In this document: positions 12,846 through 25,700 of the stretch, in pieces
Layout: each line of letters starts with the position of its first letter
Position numbering within the stretch: the stretch's first letter is position 1
Assembly: GCF_036321535.1 (NCBI RefSeq)
Contig: NC_087437.1
Location: 37,946,001-38,010,000, forward strand
Reading direction: 5' to 3'
Length of the DNA: 64,000 bases
DNA from: Camelus dromedarius
Lineage: Eukaryota
Notes under the pieces: model-generated
Database searches by the model: none
What the model was told of the DNA's origin: nothing
What the model saw: the letters and a program-made list of their open reading frames with translations, nothing else
Translations under genes and position numbers: made by a program

Positions 12846-15800
12846 TCCATGGTATTAAGAAAAACTAACACAACATCAGCATATGATAGGGCCAAAGGTA
12901 AGATTATGCAGAAAATCCTTACCATAAACTTTTTTATTCTATCTCAAGGTGACTATAGCTAAAGTTAAGAGGTAAACACAACCAGTAAAAGGTTCATAAT
13001 GCCTAGATGATTAACATAAACCAGTTGTTTAAGATAAATCTAACATTTCCTGGTATTTTCTTAAAGATTTACTTTTTATAGTTTGTCAAAAAGAAGATTT
13101 TGTGAAATGTGTTATACTGTAAGCAATAGCTTAATTACTGTAAAAATATATAATGTAAGATATATATAGCTTTTTATAACATCATCTAGTGCAGGTTAGT
13201 GATATCAGTTCTGCAGAAGCCACTCTTCAGTGAACTAAAGGACACAAAGGACACGTTTTACATCCACACTGAGATGGGAGTCGGGGCGAGAAGCTTCAAA
13301 GAATGTATGACTTGCCTATTTCAGGGGCTAGTTCTAGCACATTATTACTTGATATAAATCTTGCAATAATTATTAGACATCAAATAAATTGAGGCTATAA
13401 ATGATCATATAAATTACCTCAATAAAGTACCCCTTGAGCAAAAATTTAAAGTCATGTAACTTTGCCAAGTTGCCAAAATAAAGTTTTTGGAAAATATACT
13501 TACATATAATAAAATAACTTGATTTGCTAGAGCTTTGTTAGTTACAAGTTAATTAAATGGCTATCTCTCATTTGTATGATCAAAAGAAAATTTTGTTTTC
13601 ATTCTTGTGCTGTCCTTATTAAATTATTTCTTGCTATGATTAGGTAATTGTGAAATTATGCTAATTTTATTATTTTTATTCTAAAACCACATTATTCACA
13701 TTTATAAGAGTATTTGTCTCTTTTCCATAATTGAGGGCCACAAATCTATTCTACTAAATCTGTGGGTTTGAAGACAAAGAAATGCATATTTTAAAGGAGT
13801 TTTTTTAAATAATATATACGATTTCTACTGATTTTGATTCAGAAATACTAAGGTATAAATTTTTGTCTCATCAATATCAAGCCATGTATAAGAAACTCAT
13901 GTAGTTTAGACTGAAAATTCCACACAAATACTGAGAAAAAATAATGAAACCTGTATATTATGTGTTTGTTCTTAACAGATATATTTTGTAGTGATCAAGA
14001 GTTTAATCATGGTGAATTGTTAATGATCATGCTGAGGCCTGCCAGATTCGCACATGAAATACTGACTAGTTGGAAATCTTTTCTTTCTAGTATGTGAATT
14101 AGTTTAAATTTTAGTATTGATTCAACATTTACTAAGGGTTTAATTTCACTAGAAAGGCATTAGTATAAGAGAATTTTTGAAATGGAAAATCATTTGATTC
14201 TATTTATGAGATATTCTTATGAAAATTAATTGGGAAGCACAAGTTTTTCTGTGTCTTAGAGCTGGGATGGACTTTGTGAGTGATGAAGGTGAATGTGACC
14301 AGAGAGATAATGCTATGACTCAGAAAAGGCCAGCCATCTCCTGGGCTCAAGACCCACTGTGATGGTCATTGGGTTTTCAGTAGATGATGATGTGTTTGCA
14401 CAATTTGCCAAAGACTTTGCCAGGACTCTCTCTGCGTGTTCAGGGCCTCTGAAGAGAAATCACAGTGCTTATTCTGACAGCAGAAAGATTCAAGCTTAGT
14501 CTCTCTTCCCTCTCTAATCTGGTTCTTGGCTTTACATCGAACAGATATTAACTTGATACTTACAGTTTACATAGCACCCCAAGATCCCAGATTTTATACA
14601 ACAGTGAATTCTTGAAAGTTCACTACCATAAATGAAACAACACATGGCTATTTGAAGTCTATTAAATTATCTTTGTCTGAAATTACCTTTGCTTTGAATG
14701 AAATACCTTATTCATTTGTTTCCCTTTGTGGACACACACATGTATCAGTTAACTGTGTATGAAGTAGTTTACCATAAATGTTACTTCTACACAAAATTTT
14801 CTGTTTCACTTCAAATGCTATTTTATATAAAAGGGAGACATTTTAATTCATTCATTTAAAATAGATCAAATTAGAAAGTTTTTCTGTTCAGTGCTTAATT
14901 TTGTTTCAAACTCCTTAAATATTTTTTAATTACACTATTTGGTTGTTTGTGAGCAAATTCACCATCAGTACTGCCTGCAGATAATGAATTAATATACGAA
15001 GGAAAGAGCCACTGCTCTGGGATACTGTGACATTTTAATGCCAACCAAAATATATTGGTTCCCTGACCTTCAGGGATCTTGCCGCATATGAGAAACTTGC
15101 ACATTTCCAGCACCATATCTAACAAAATAAAGACAATTTCAAAGAACAAAAGAAATAGAAAATCCAGTCCATTTTCTAGGTGGGAAATATTTTTTTACTC
15201 ATAACATATTTGACAACTAACAATTTAACTTTTAATTAACATTATAAAATAATTTCCAGAAAGAAAAATTTTAAAACAGAAACAAAAAAGAATACAAAGA
15301 AAAGATATTTTATTCTCACAAAGGAAAATAATTCACATCCTATAAATTCATTAATTTAGCTCTTGCTTCCTAGACTTAGGAAGTTACATGACTTCCTAGA
15401 CTTGTTTCTTGATTTCCAGAGGAAAAAGATAGAATTAGAACATTTTGGACCATGTTTTAGACCATGATGGTGCATTCTAAATTATTTCTTTTAGTCACAG
15501 GAATTAAAATTGCTTTTGAATGATTATCAAAGATGTGAGCTGTTACATTTTAATACATTTTATTCACTAATTGATTTGTATAGACATTTTGTGTCATTAA
15601 CTTGATTATAAATTTCTCATAAAGAAGTATTCACAACTCATTTTTGTAATCTCAGCCCTTGTCTCCCTGATGGAAGCATAAATGCCTCTCTACTGTCCCA
15701 ATATGTAGTCATTTTTCCTCTAGTTTACATCGGAGTCGCTTTCTTAAAGTGGAGCTCTGATCCCATTACTTCTCTATTCTGTAAATAAAGGAGACCTAAG

Positions 15801-16896
15801 GGCCATCACCTAACTTGGAGTACTGTTTAAGGTCCACGCTATTTCCCCACAGAAAAACTGTAGGCAAGTAATCAATAAAAGGGAAATAAGCCTAAATTTA
15901 CAGCTGGAGTCCTTGACAAGTCCATCCTGTTTGAAGTGACCAAGCAAAGAGGTAGGCACACATAGAGAATTAGTCCAGTAGTTACCTCAAAGAGCCAATG
16001 TAAGTGATTTTAGATTCTGAGAACCTATTTAGAATAAGTTACCCTCAATTGTGTCCAGCTGTACTAGTCTCTATTATATCATGCTAAGGCAAGCATGAGA
16101 TTTTTCCAAAGTTAGAAGCTTCTTGCAACTGATTCCTCTGTGGCTGTGTAGCAGTTTGTGAGGGAGCATGGAGAAGTTTGCCAAAAAGAAAACAGAAGCT
16201 GCCTGAGTGGTTGAGATAGTATGCTTCCAAGGAGCCGCCTGACATTTCTCTCTAAAAACTTAAAACACTAACGCTTATTATTTAATGGATGATGGCCAGA
16301 CTTTTTCACTCACTTTTTAAGTGCTGTGTGTCTTTCACCATAACTCTAAATGTTGTGCTGTGATTTAGTCAAACTGCAGAAGTCGTGTTCCTGACGTAGT
16401 CTTTCACATTCACTACCGCCACTTACTCAAATATCCACGTGTATGAACTTTAGTACCGCTCTTGGGGTGTAGCACATGTCATATTTGTTTATGATTCCAG
16501 AACAGCTTTCCTCAACCAGGGTTCTGAGACAATTAAGCACTACTATTTTTTTCAGTTTTCCCAAGGAAGGTACGTAGCTTGTACCATTCAAGATGCACAA
16601 AAGATGAGCTAATTTATTATACACAATAGATGCCTCCAGCATTAGGGAAATTCTGTGAAGAAAACTCACAGAAGGTCCGTTTTTGAAACCAAATTGAATC
16701 CAACTTGAGCACCAATTTTCAAAAACATACGAGAAACCTAGTGTCAGCTATTTTGAACCCTCTTTAGTTCTACACGGCAGGGTTCTTTGAAGACACTAGG
16801 GTTTACCAGATATTGTGACAGCAGCTGCATTTCCCCTGCAGTCATGTAGGCTGCTATCAAAAAACTTGGTGCTAATGCTCCATCTGAAGTGTTTTT

Positions 16897-17801
16897 CTGT
16901 TTTGTTTTTTTTTAATCTTTTTTTTTTTTTTTAAATCGTGGTAAGGACACTTAACATAAGATCTACTAGGTTAACACAGTGTTGTTAACTGTAAGGTGCA
17001 ATGTTGTGCAGGTGCAATGCTTGTTTGGAGCTGATCACCAAAACTTACTCACCTTGTCTAAGTGAAACTTTATGCTCATTGATTAGCAGTTCTCCATTTC
17101 CTCCTGCCCACAGCCTCTGGCAACCACTATTCTACTCTCTGTTTCTATAGACTTGACTATTTTAGATTTCTCATTTAAGTGGAGCCATGCTGTATTTATT
17201 TCTGTAGAAAATAACTCCACTAAAAAAAATGGCAAAGGATTTGAATACATTACCCAAGGAAGACATACAGATGGCCAACAGGCATTAAAAAAAGACACAA
17301 TAGCACTAATAATCAGAGAAATGCAAATCAAAACCATAATGAGATTTCACTTCACACCTATTAGGATGGCTGTTATAAAAAATGAAGTAACAAGTGTTTG
17401 TGATGACACGCAGAGATTAGAACCCTTGTGCACTGTTGGTGGGAATGTAAAATTGTGCAACTGCTGAGGAAAACAATATGGAGGTTCCTCAAAAAATTAA
17501 AAATAGAAATGCCGTATTATCCAGCAATCTTCCTTCTGAGTACATATCTAAAAGAATAGAAATGAGAATCTTGAGAAGATATCTGTACTCTCATATTTAT
17601 TGCAGCATTATCCCCAATAGCAAAGATATAGAAACAACCTAAATATTAGTCAGTAGATGAATGGGTTTTTTAAATGTGGTACACACACACACACACTCAC
17701 ACGATGGCCTATTATTTAGTCTAGAAAAGAAGGAAGTCCTGCCGTATATGACAATATGGATGAACCTGGGGAACATTATGCTAAGTAAAATAACCCAGTC
17801 A
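16897..17801 (-). mobile_element. L1 (L1MA/MB-like) insertion with a 5' inversion
   Basis: Poly(T) at about 16897-16932, antisense 3' UTR to about 17205, then a plus-strand ORF2 C-terminus (EMQIKTIMRFHFTPIRMA) to 17801. Degenerate TSD ctgaagtgttttt / ctgatgtggttttt. Confidence 0.88.
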
Positions 17802-19344
17802 CTGATGTGGTTTTTAATTCTTGACGGTTCAGCCTCAGTCAATGAGCTAAGCTGACTTCTCTACTGCATCTTTCCAAGTTGAGCTACAGGTGGCTTTTTC
17901 AGATCTTTCAAGGCAATGGCCCTTGCTGACTATTCATAGCAGAAACATTCCCTCCACCTTCTTAAATATCCTTCTTAGAGGTGCTCTATTCCATGATCCT
18001 TTGATCCACAAATGACTTGAAATCTTTGTCCTATAGAATTCAATATTAACAGAGAATCAAGTTTCTTTCTCCTGTTCTTGATAAAGCCTTATTTCCTTTC
18101 TCATCTCTAACTACTTGGTTGTTTTACTCCCTCCCTGAACCTAGGCTCTCAAATCAGTAGGGCTTATTTAGGAGCTGCCTTCTGGATGCTTTACTAGGTT
18201 TTCACAGTTTATCCTTTCTGGCCTTGAATCCAAAAAATTATTTACTCCCATTGTGGGTATCAAATCTTTTCAATGTGAGTAAATGCATCCTTGGGGGTAG
18301 GCTCTCTCTTTTATGCCTTCCACAGGAAAAATGTTCAAACATTTTGAGTTGAACAAACACCTTAGAAATTATAAAATTCTTGATGATATCTGAAACAGAG
18401 CAAAACTGTTACTTTAATCCACTATGCTGGCCCCAAGGGCATGATGGGGATTACCACATTTAAAGCAGCTTGCTTTTCACTGAAGTTCAGAAATGCTCCC
18501 TGATCCCTCTTTGAATCTGACTTCATCAGCTAACATGAAACATGCTTCTCATTGTTTAGCCTTTGCTTTCACTTCACTCTGTATTTATGAAGCTTGGCTC
18601 CATTTTCCATGCCATTATTCATGAAAGTTTAGAAAACATTTCTGGTATCCTAGGTTTCCTTAGGTAAGCATCCATCCTAATTTGGTTAATTCTTGGGACT
18701 ATTTTCTTCTGGCATTCACTCTTAGGTAGTTCTATCCTCATTTTTATTCTCAGTTTTGAAGTATTAAAATCCAGTTGTAGGGACTGTGTTTTTTCACTCC
18801 TGTATTATCAGTGTCCAGTGTAGTGCCTAGCACAAATATGTTCAAATCTGATTGCATTCGATGGTTACGAAACTTTCACCTGTCTCCAAAAGCTATTATT
18901 TAAATTTCAGTTTTAATTACTTTTTATCATTTAACTAACTGGTACAACCTAACATTAAGAAAAAGTAAATAACCTTAGGAATTTGTTGGCCCAAGAAGTG
19001 CAGAACAATTTCAACCCTGGCAGGGCCAGGAGATGACACATAATTTCGGGGAACTTCTTTTAATGAGACAACTAATACACAGAAAAACTAGGGGCATCTA
19101 AGAAATAGAGACATAGTTATAGTGTAGACATTGGAAGAGGTAAAAGCTAAATTGGACAGAAGGTGTGTGTTTAAGCCATTAAACAGAAAATAATTTCATG
19201 AGCTATCATCAGTTATTAAATTGAAAGAGGTATTCATTCTACAACATTTTGTCCCACACCATATCATGTAGAAATCTGAAATTTGTCTTTTTTTGTTGAC
19301 GTGTTGGTTGGACACATTTTATGTTCCAAAATAGTGATTTATGT

Positions 19345-19642
19345 ATTGATAATACCAAATGCTAGTAAGGATGTGAAGCAATAGGAACTCTCATTCAGTG
19401 CTGGTTGGAATAGCCATTTTGAAAGACAGCCTGATGTCTTAAAAAACTATATTTACCAAGAATAAATCATGATGAAATAGAAATTCTAAACAGACAGATT
19501 ATTAGTGAAGAGATTGGACCAGACATCTTCACTGGTGAATTCCAGCAAGCATTCAGAAAAGAATTAATACATATCCTTCTCAAACTCCTCCAAAAAATGG
19601 AAAAGGAGGGGACTCTTCCAAACTCATTTTAGGAGGCCACCC
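19345..19642 (+). mobile_element. Two adjoining L1 ORF2 fragments
   Basis: aataccaaatgctagtaaggatgtgaagcaataggaactctcattc, then ttcactggtgaattc...atccttctcaaactc...cttccaaactcatttt. Confidence 0.8.
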
Positions 19643-20431
19643 TCTTTTTCGGGCAAAGCTTTTCCTAAAACCTGTTTGACTTATTATAGGTACATAACCC
19701 TTCATTTGGTGATATTTGTTTGGTATAGCTCACTATTCATTTGACTTTAATTCTTTCAATTTCCTTATATTTCTTGAAATCCACTTTAATAGTCTTTGAC
19801 CTGGAAGGTTTATTGAATTAATTGTGGTATTTTAGGTACATTGGTACTTATTTCTACTATATATTAGATTCTTACAATTATTTTTGTTCTTTTGTTTTTT
19901 CTTCATTTTGATCCTTTGTTTTGATTTTCAAGGTACTATTTTTTTGTTCATTATATTTCCCCCATCATTCTTTTCAAGAGCATTATGTTTTTCATGTCTA
20001 TAACTTTAATAATGATTTGAATAGCAATATTAACTTAATATATAAAGTTAATCACTATGTAAAGTTAATCAGCATCTTGAACAATAAAAATATAATTTAA
20101 TATCATATACAATGAATGAAATAATTACAATGATTCCCCCTCTAACTTTTATTCTGTTGTTCAGTATTATAATTCTGGTCTGTTTTCAAACCAATAATTA
20201 GACATTGTTAACATTAATTTATACTATAAATACTAGGTCATTTTCACCCTATTATTTACAATATTTACAGTCATGTCTCATTTTCAGATTTTCAGTCTTT
20301 TATCTGAGAACACTCTTCCTCTTCCTAAATGCTTTCTTAGAATTTCCTTTATATATGTCCTTTGGTGGTGCAGTTTAATCTTCTGAGAAGGGTTTTTATT
20401 TCATTCTCTTTCTTGAAATGCAATGCACTAC

Positions 20432-20850
20432 TGTCAGAAGTTGAGTTAGCCAAGAAACAAACTCTGTTATACAGATAAGCATGCAGTAGTATTATTAGGA
20501 ATTTTGGAGTTAACACCTGTGGAAGGAACGGGAAGAAAATGGGATTGAGGAATGGGAGAAGTCAAGCTTACAACCTTACAGAAGTTCAGATGATGGAATG
20601 TACCTTCACAGCTATTTCTAGTTAGTGGGATACAAGCTTTTGAACCTTGGCATTGACTAGTCATTGGCTATGGTCCTCATGAGAAAGAAGTTGTGACCTC
20701 AGTAAAGCAGCATTCCACAGCTGACACAACTCCCAAAGGGGACCAGGAGTTCAGAGCTGTCTTCTTCATGCACTCTCAAGAGCTGGTGTAATAAATCTTT
20801 TATTCCTGAAGAGGGATTTTGACAATTCATTTCAGTGACCCCCTCATAAC
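20432..20850 (-). mobile_element. ERVL LTR, LTR16-like
   Basis: Starts tgtcagaagttgagttagccaagaaacaaactctg...ttaacacctgtggaaggaacgggaagaaaatgggattg. Confidence 0.65.
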
Positions 20851-22288
20851 TATGCATAGAATTTTATGTTAAGAATTGTGCTATCATCACATAGAACAAT
20901 GTGATAGACCTTTTTGTTTGTTTGGAATCATAGAACAAGGATTCCATTGTATTCTGGTTTCTATTGTTGCTGTTGAGAATGAGAAATCAGTCTAGTTGTT
21001 TTATCCTAGATAATTTACTGTTTGTCTCTGGTTACTTTTAAAATCTTTCCCTCACTTTCTCTCTCAGAAAAGCTTTATTTTTTAATTGTGCGCTCTGCAG
21101 TGACACTATGATGTTTCTAGGCGGGGAATATTTTCATTTATCTCACAAGCAATTTTGATGACTTTTTAGATGTAAGGATTTGTGGAGGGTTTCCTTTTTC
21201 ACATTTATAGGAACATTTAAGCAATTACTATCTCAAAATTTTTTTTACTGTTGTTTGATGTATTCTCTCTGTTATAGCCTTCTGCAACTCCAAAAATATA
21301 TATACATTATATTAAACTCCTTGATAACACTTGAAGCCTTTAATAATGAAGCCTTTCTTATTTTCCTTAGTTTTGTCTCATTGGATTGCCTTCTGCATAA
21401 TTGATTTTGCTTTATTTTCTTTTCATTAATTTTATTTTAGCTAGGTTTGTGCACTGTTGAATCCATCTACAGAGTTTTTAGTTTAAATTATTATATATTT
21501 CCAAAAGTTCTATTTTGTTATTTGGAGAAGCTGGTTTCCTCTTGTTCCATATCATTTTTTTTTTCTCTTTTAGTTTTCAAAGCAATAAGCACGGTTACTT
21601 TATACTCTGTGTCTGGTAAATCTTATCTCTGATTTTGATATGAGCTTTGTGAACTTTTCTCTAGCCTTTCTGTTAGCTTTGATGCATGGGGCATTGTTTC
21701 ATGGAATGTTTGAAAAATTGAATGTGATTTGCCTCACCATTTTCCTTAGAAGTTTTTGGCATTTTTTAAAGAGTAGATTGAAGTACAGCTTCTTTAGCGA
21801 GCATCTGCCTTGTTTCTGCTAGTCAACTAAATGGCACATTAAATCAAAATCTGTGATGTCTTTCAGACTGCATAGTTAGTGTGAATATGGATAAAAAGCA
21901 CTGAAAATGATGACTGTGTTTGCAAATTCCCAGGAAAGATCTTTCTCCATCAACTCAATACCAAGTTCATGTCCTTCAAAGTGGGATTTATTTCTCACTC
22001 ATCTTTATACTGAGACTATAACTATTCAAGGCCACAGCTTTGTGGCCAGTCTCAGGTTTATGTTGGGTTATTTTATTATATCTCTAATATTGGGAATAGG
22101 CTCTAGATACAGTTTTCAGTATCCTGTGCTGTCCCCAGATTAGACACTGAAGGCTTCCAAGTATTGGCAGAGATATGATTTTGACTTCTAAATACTTCCT
22201 AAGTTTCCTGTATTCACTTTGTTCCTGGGTCCTATGGATCCATTATTCTAAATGTTCATCAATTCACTTAAAAATTACATACACACAG

Positions 22289-22290
<2 letters not shown>

Positions 22291-22327
<37 letters not shown>
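22291..22327. repeat. (AC)n microsatellite, about 18 units
   Basis: Direct inspection. Confidence 0.97.
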
Positions 22328-22331
<4 letters not shown>

Positions 22332-25300
22332 TATCTATCTATTTGCATATTCTAATTATTTCAGCTATATCAGTGAGAATAATAATTCAGGTATCTATTA
22401 AACTGTACTTCTGCAAATGTTAAGTTCTATATATCAATATAAACATCAGTTTAAATGTTTCAAACATTCTCCAAATTATTTTTTTACGGATGAAACAATA
22501 TGTTTTTCTTTTGTCAAGTAGTAAGATGGCCTTTATCAAACTTTCCAAATACTAATTCTAATATCTCCTTATGTAATTCACTGAGACTCATTGATTTTTA
22601 GGTTAAAATTTTCTAAATTCTGTAAGACAAAAAGTATTAGTTTCAGTTTCACTGGTAGTCTAACAATACACAGTATAAATTATTAATAAGCATGAAGTCT
22701 CTGCATAATGAAGTTCAAAAATTAGCTATAAAATGATTGTGGGAGTATGATAAATCTGACATAGAAATCCAAAATCCTCAGAATCACAATTTATCCTTCT
22801 AGCTTCATGTCTGGACTAAGGTAAAGTAAAGAGAAATCACACTTATGCAATCAAGCATAAGTAAGATTTATGTAAGATTTATAAAAATATGTGTATAGTT
22901 AGGGTGATGTTTACATTTAAAAAATAAAGTAGTAATAGGGGACACACTCAAAAGAATAACAATGTCCTTATTTCAACCAGTTCTCACTCTTAAATTCAGA
23001 ATACTGGACTGTATATCAAATTTTAACGTAACTCAAAATAACTGAAAGAATGAAGTATGAAGAAGTAAGTGTCCTATGCTGTGAGGAAACTCTACATTGA
23101 ACTCTCAGAAGTCAAGAAAAGCTATAAATAAGATATTGTCATTCTGACCTCCATCTTCTTCAGATGAAACAGCTAGACATTTACATCATATTTCTGCTTT
23201 ATACCATGATAGTATTTTGTTTCATCATTTGTGATTCATCCCCAAAATGGCAGAGCTACTTAACACTTTCACTAGATAGATGTAACCTTTGAAAATTACT
23301 TATGTCTCATGAAGATACATAAAAATGCAAGTAAGAGACAGATTTTAGAAATTCTGGAAAGAGAGCACTGGAAACAAGTGATTTGAAATTCCAGATACTT
23401 TGTTGTGTAGAGTTTGGCTGCAGTCAAATCTGACAGAGACTGTTGTAAATGCATAAGGAATGTCAGTTGCTCATATAAGCAGAAAATAGGAACTGCAGTG
23501 AGTAGAGCTCTTTCTCTGAAAGGCAGCTCTGCTATGCGGTGATGTATGTGTCGATATAACAGCATTAAGTTAGAGGCGGGGTATCCCAACAAGTATGTGA
23601 AATCTAAAGTCAGGAGATTTTTAAAAAGTTCAGAGACACGTACATTCTGTGGAGGAGAAGGTGGAATCAGTAATAATAAGGCCTAGAATGTACATGCCTA
23701 TGGCAGATTACCATGGTAGAAACTTGAGGTCAGGTGTCAGGAACACTATCCAAGAAACTAGAGTGTTAGGTGGGAATGGGGTTGTGGGTGGAGAGCAAAA
23801 GTCCAGCAATCAGAATCAAGACATAAAGAACAGAATTATAAAGAACAACCTATTTAGCATATAAGTTGCTGATTTTTAGCATTAGTCCCTATTGGGTTGA
23901 AATGAGGTACCAAAATTAAATCCTATAGAGCCAAAACCAATATATTTGAGTGAAATTGTGAGGTTACAAGACAACAGGGCATGATGGGAACCGAACAGGC
24001 CCAAGAGTGCATGCCTCATGGCGGGCAGCATACAAGCCCCATGGACAGATCCTTTATTCCCTAGGGAAAACATCTATCTTGGTTTTGTCATACATCTTAT
24101 GACAATTTAATCTTGATAATTAAATCATTTTTTCAGGCTAAATTCTCTCCCACTTTATTCCTTCTAAACTATAGATTGCCATCTTGCTTCTTTTTAGGGC
24201 CAGGGATATTCTACTGATGGCAGAGATTGGAAAGAGCTTTTTCTAGACCTGGGTGCCTAGTGGACTTAGATGTGGAGAAAGTCAGCATTCAAAGGCTGCA
24301 AATGTAGCCATGCCTGACAAAAAGAACTTATGTCTGTTTAATGTTTTAAATTTTGAAAATCATTGTTGTTAGATGCAAACTACTTAATTATCTCTTTCAT
24401 GGTAAGTAGTGTTCTCACCACATTTAGCAGACAAGAAATTCAAAGTTCAGGAAATGAAGTGACTGATTCAGGTCTTACAGGTAGCAAATTAAAGGCTGGG
24501 CTCAGCTCAGTTCTTCCAAGTCCTGCCCAACTCTTCGTGTGGTCCTGAACACTGGCCTCTCAGAGGAGGAGCTCCTGTTAGCATCCTGAATCACAATGAT
24601 TTCTTCTGTGTATAGCAGTCTCCCCTCAAACTGGCCTAAATCACAGGAACTTTATTGGATCACATAATTATGACTCTGACTTCATTTCTTTGAGATTCTC
24701 TTGACTTCACCTTCCTCCTCGTGTTAGCTTTATCGTTGGGTAACTTCCTTTATGGTTGCAGGATGGCTATTGCAGCACGTCAGTCAGCACACTCCCACGT
24801 TCACATTTAGGAGGGGAGATAAACTGTAACTGTAACAAATTACCATGGCTCCACTGGCAAATGTCTCTATACATTTTGTTGCTTGAAGATGGCTTAAATC
24901 TGTATATGTCTGAGCCAAATACAGGAAGAGGAAAGAATAGACTAATCAAGTCATACTACTGGGTAGAACAGAACCAATTCCCAAAACTTCATTGCTGCTA
25001 CATAATGCAGGATGTGTGAAATAGAACTTGGAATGTCCATTTCAATAAGCACAATGGGTCCCTACAGCATGAAGCAGGCACTTTTTGGCTGATGTGCATA
25101 GTCCGTGATTCTGCTATAAGCATGGTGACTTCTTGGTGAAAGGGACATTGTTTTATATCGCAGTAGTCTTTTAGCCTAAAAGCCATCCCAGAATTAAGAG
25201 ACGATTTCCTTCTTTTGACTATTGTCACATTTAGCCTAGGATTTGTTAAGTTTTTTTTTCACTCAGACTCATTGAAAAATCAGCAGCTCTTTTGGTCCCA

Positions 25301-25618
25301 TACTAATCCCCTCAAGACTTGCTCCCCTGTCCTATTCGTAAAGAAACTGATCTCACTTTCCAAACCAGGATCAAAGCAATTTAAGAATATATCCATGCAA
25401 TTCAATTCAACAAATATTTACTGAGTAACTTCTGCGTCTGAAACTCTTTGCTTCAGCACTTGGCAGTGACTCACACATTCCTTCTGTGCTGTGTTAATGT
25501 ATTTATATGCACTTGTTGTTGCACTGTTGATTGTTCAGTAAGTCGTGTATTTGTTTGGTGTACCTGTATTTATAGATTTTTAACTTTCAGCCTAGACTTA
25601 ACCAGGCTTAGAATACAC

Positions 25619-25700
25619 ACATTTTTTGGTCAAAGGAAGTGTATTATGCTTAGGATATATATATCCTAAGCATAATACACTTCCTTTGACCAAAAAATGT
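25619..25700. repeat. Perfect 82-bp palindrome (41-bp arms, no spacer)
   Basis: acattttttggtcaaaggaagtgtattatgcttaggatata | tatatcctaagcataatacacttcctttgaccaaaaaatgt, checked base by base. Confidence 0.98.

Larger units (their letters stand above)
19690..22430 (-). mobile_element. Very old L1 (L1ME/HAL1-like) fragments, split by an LTR16-like element
   Basis: Antisense ORF1-type motifs attccattgtattctggtttctattgttgctgttgagaa and tttattttcattctctttcttgaaa; boundaries approximate. Confidence 0.55.

Noticed and set aside
17153..17467. 104-aa ORF with L1 ORF2 similarity
   Set aside because: It is the C-terminal ORF2 remnant of the inverted L1 and crosses the inversion junction, so it is not a host gene.
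23295..23560. Possible ancient RTE/L4-type LINE C-terminal remnant (GKR...LKF-like)
   Set aside because: The similarity is too faint to support by eye and would need an nhmmer search against Dfam.
25619..25700. Palindrome as a MADE1 MITE, CRISPR repeat or intrinsic terminator
   Set aside because: It does not match MADE1 termini as I recall them, there is no repeat-spacer array, and the context is mammalian.
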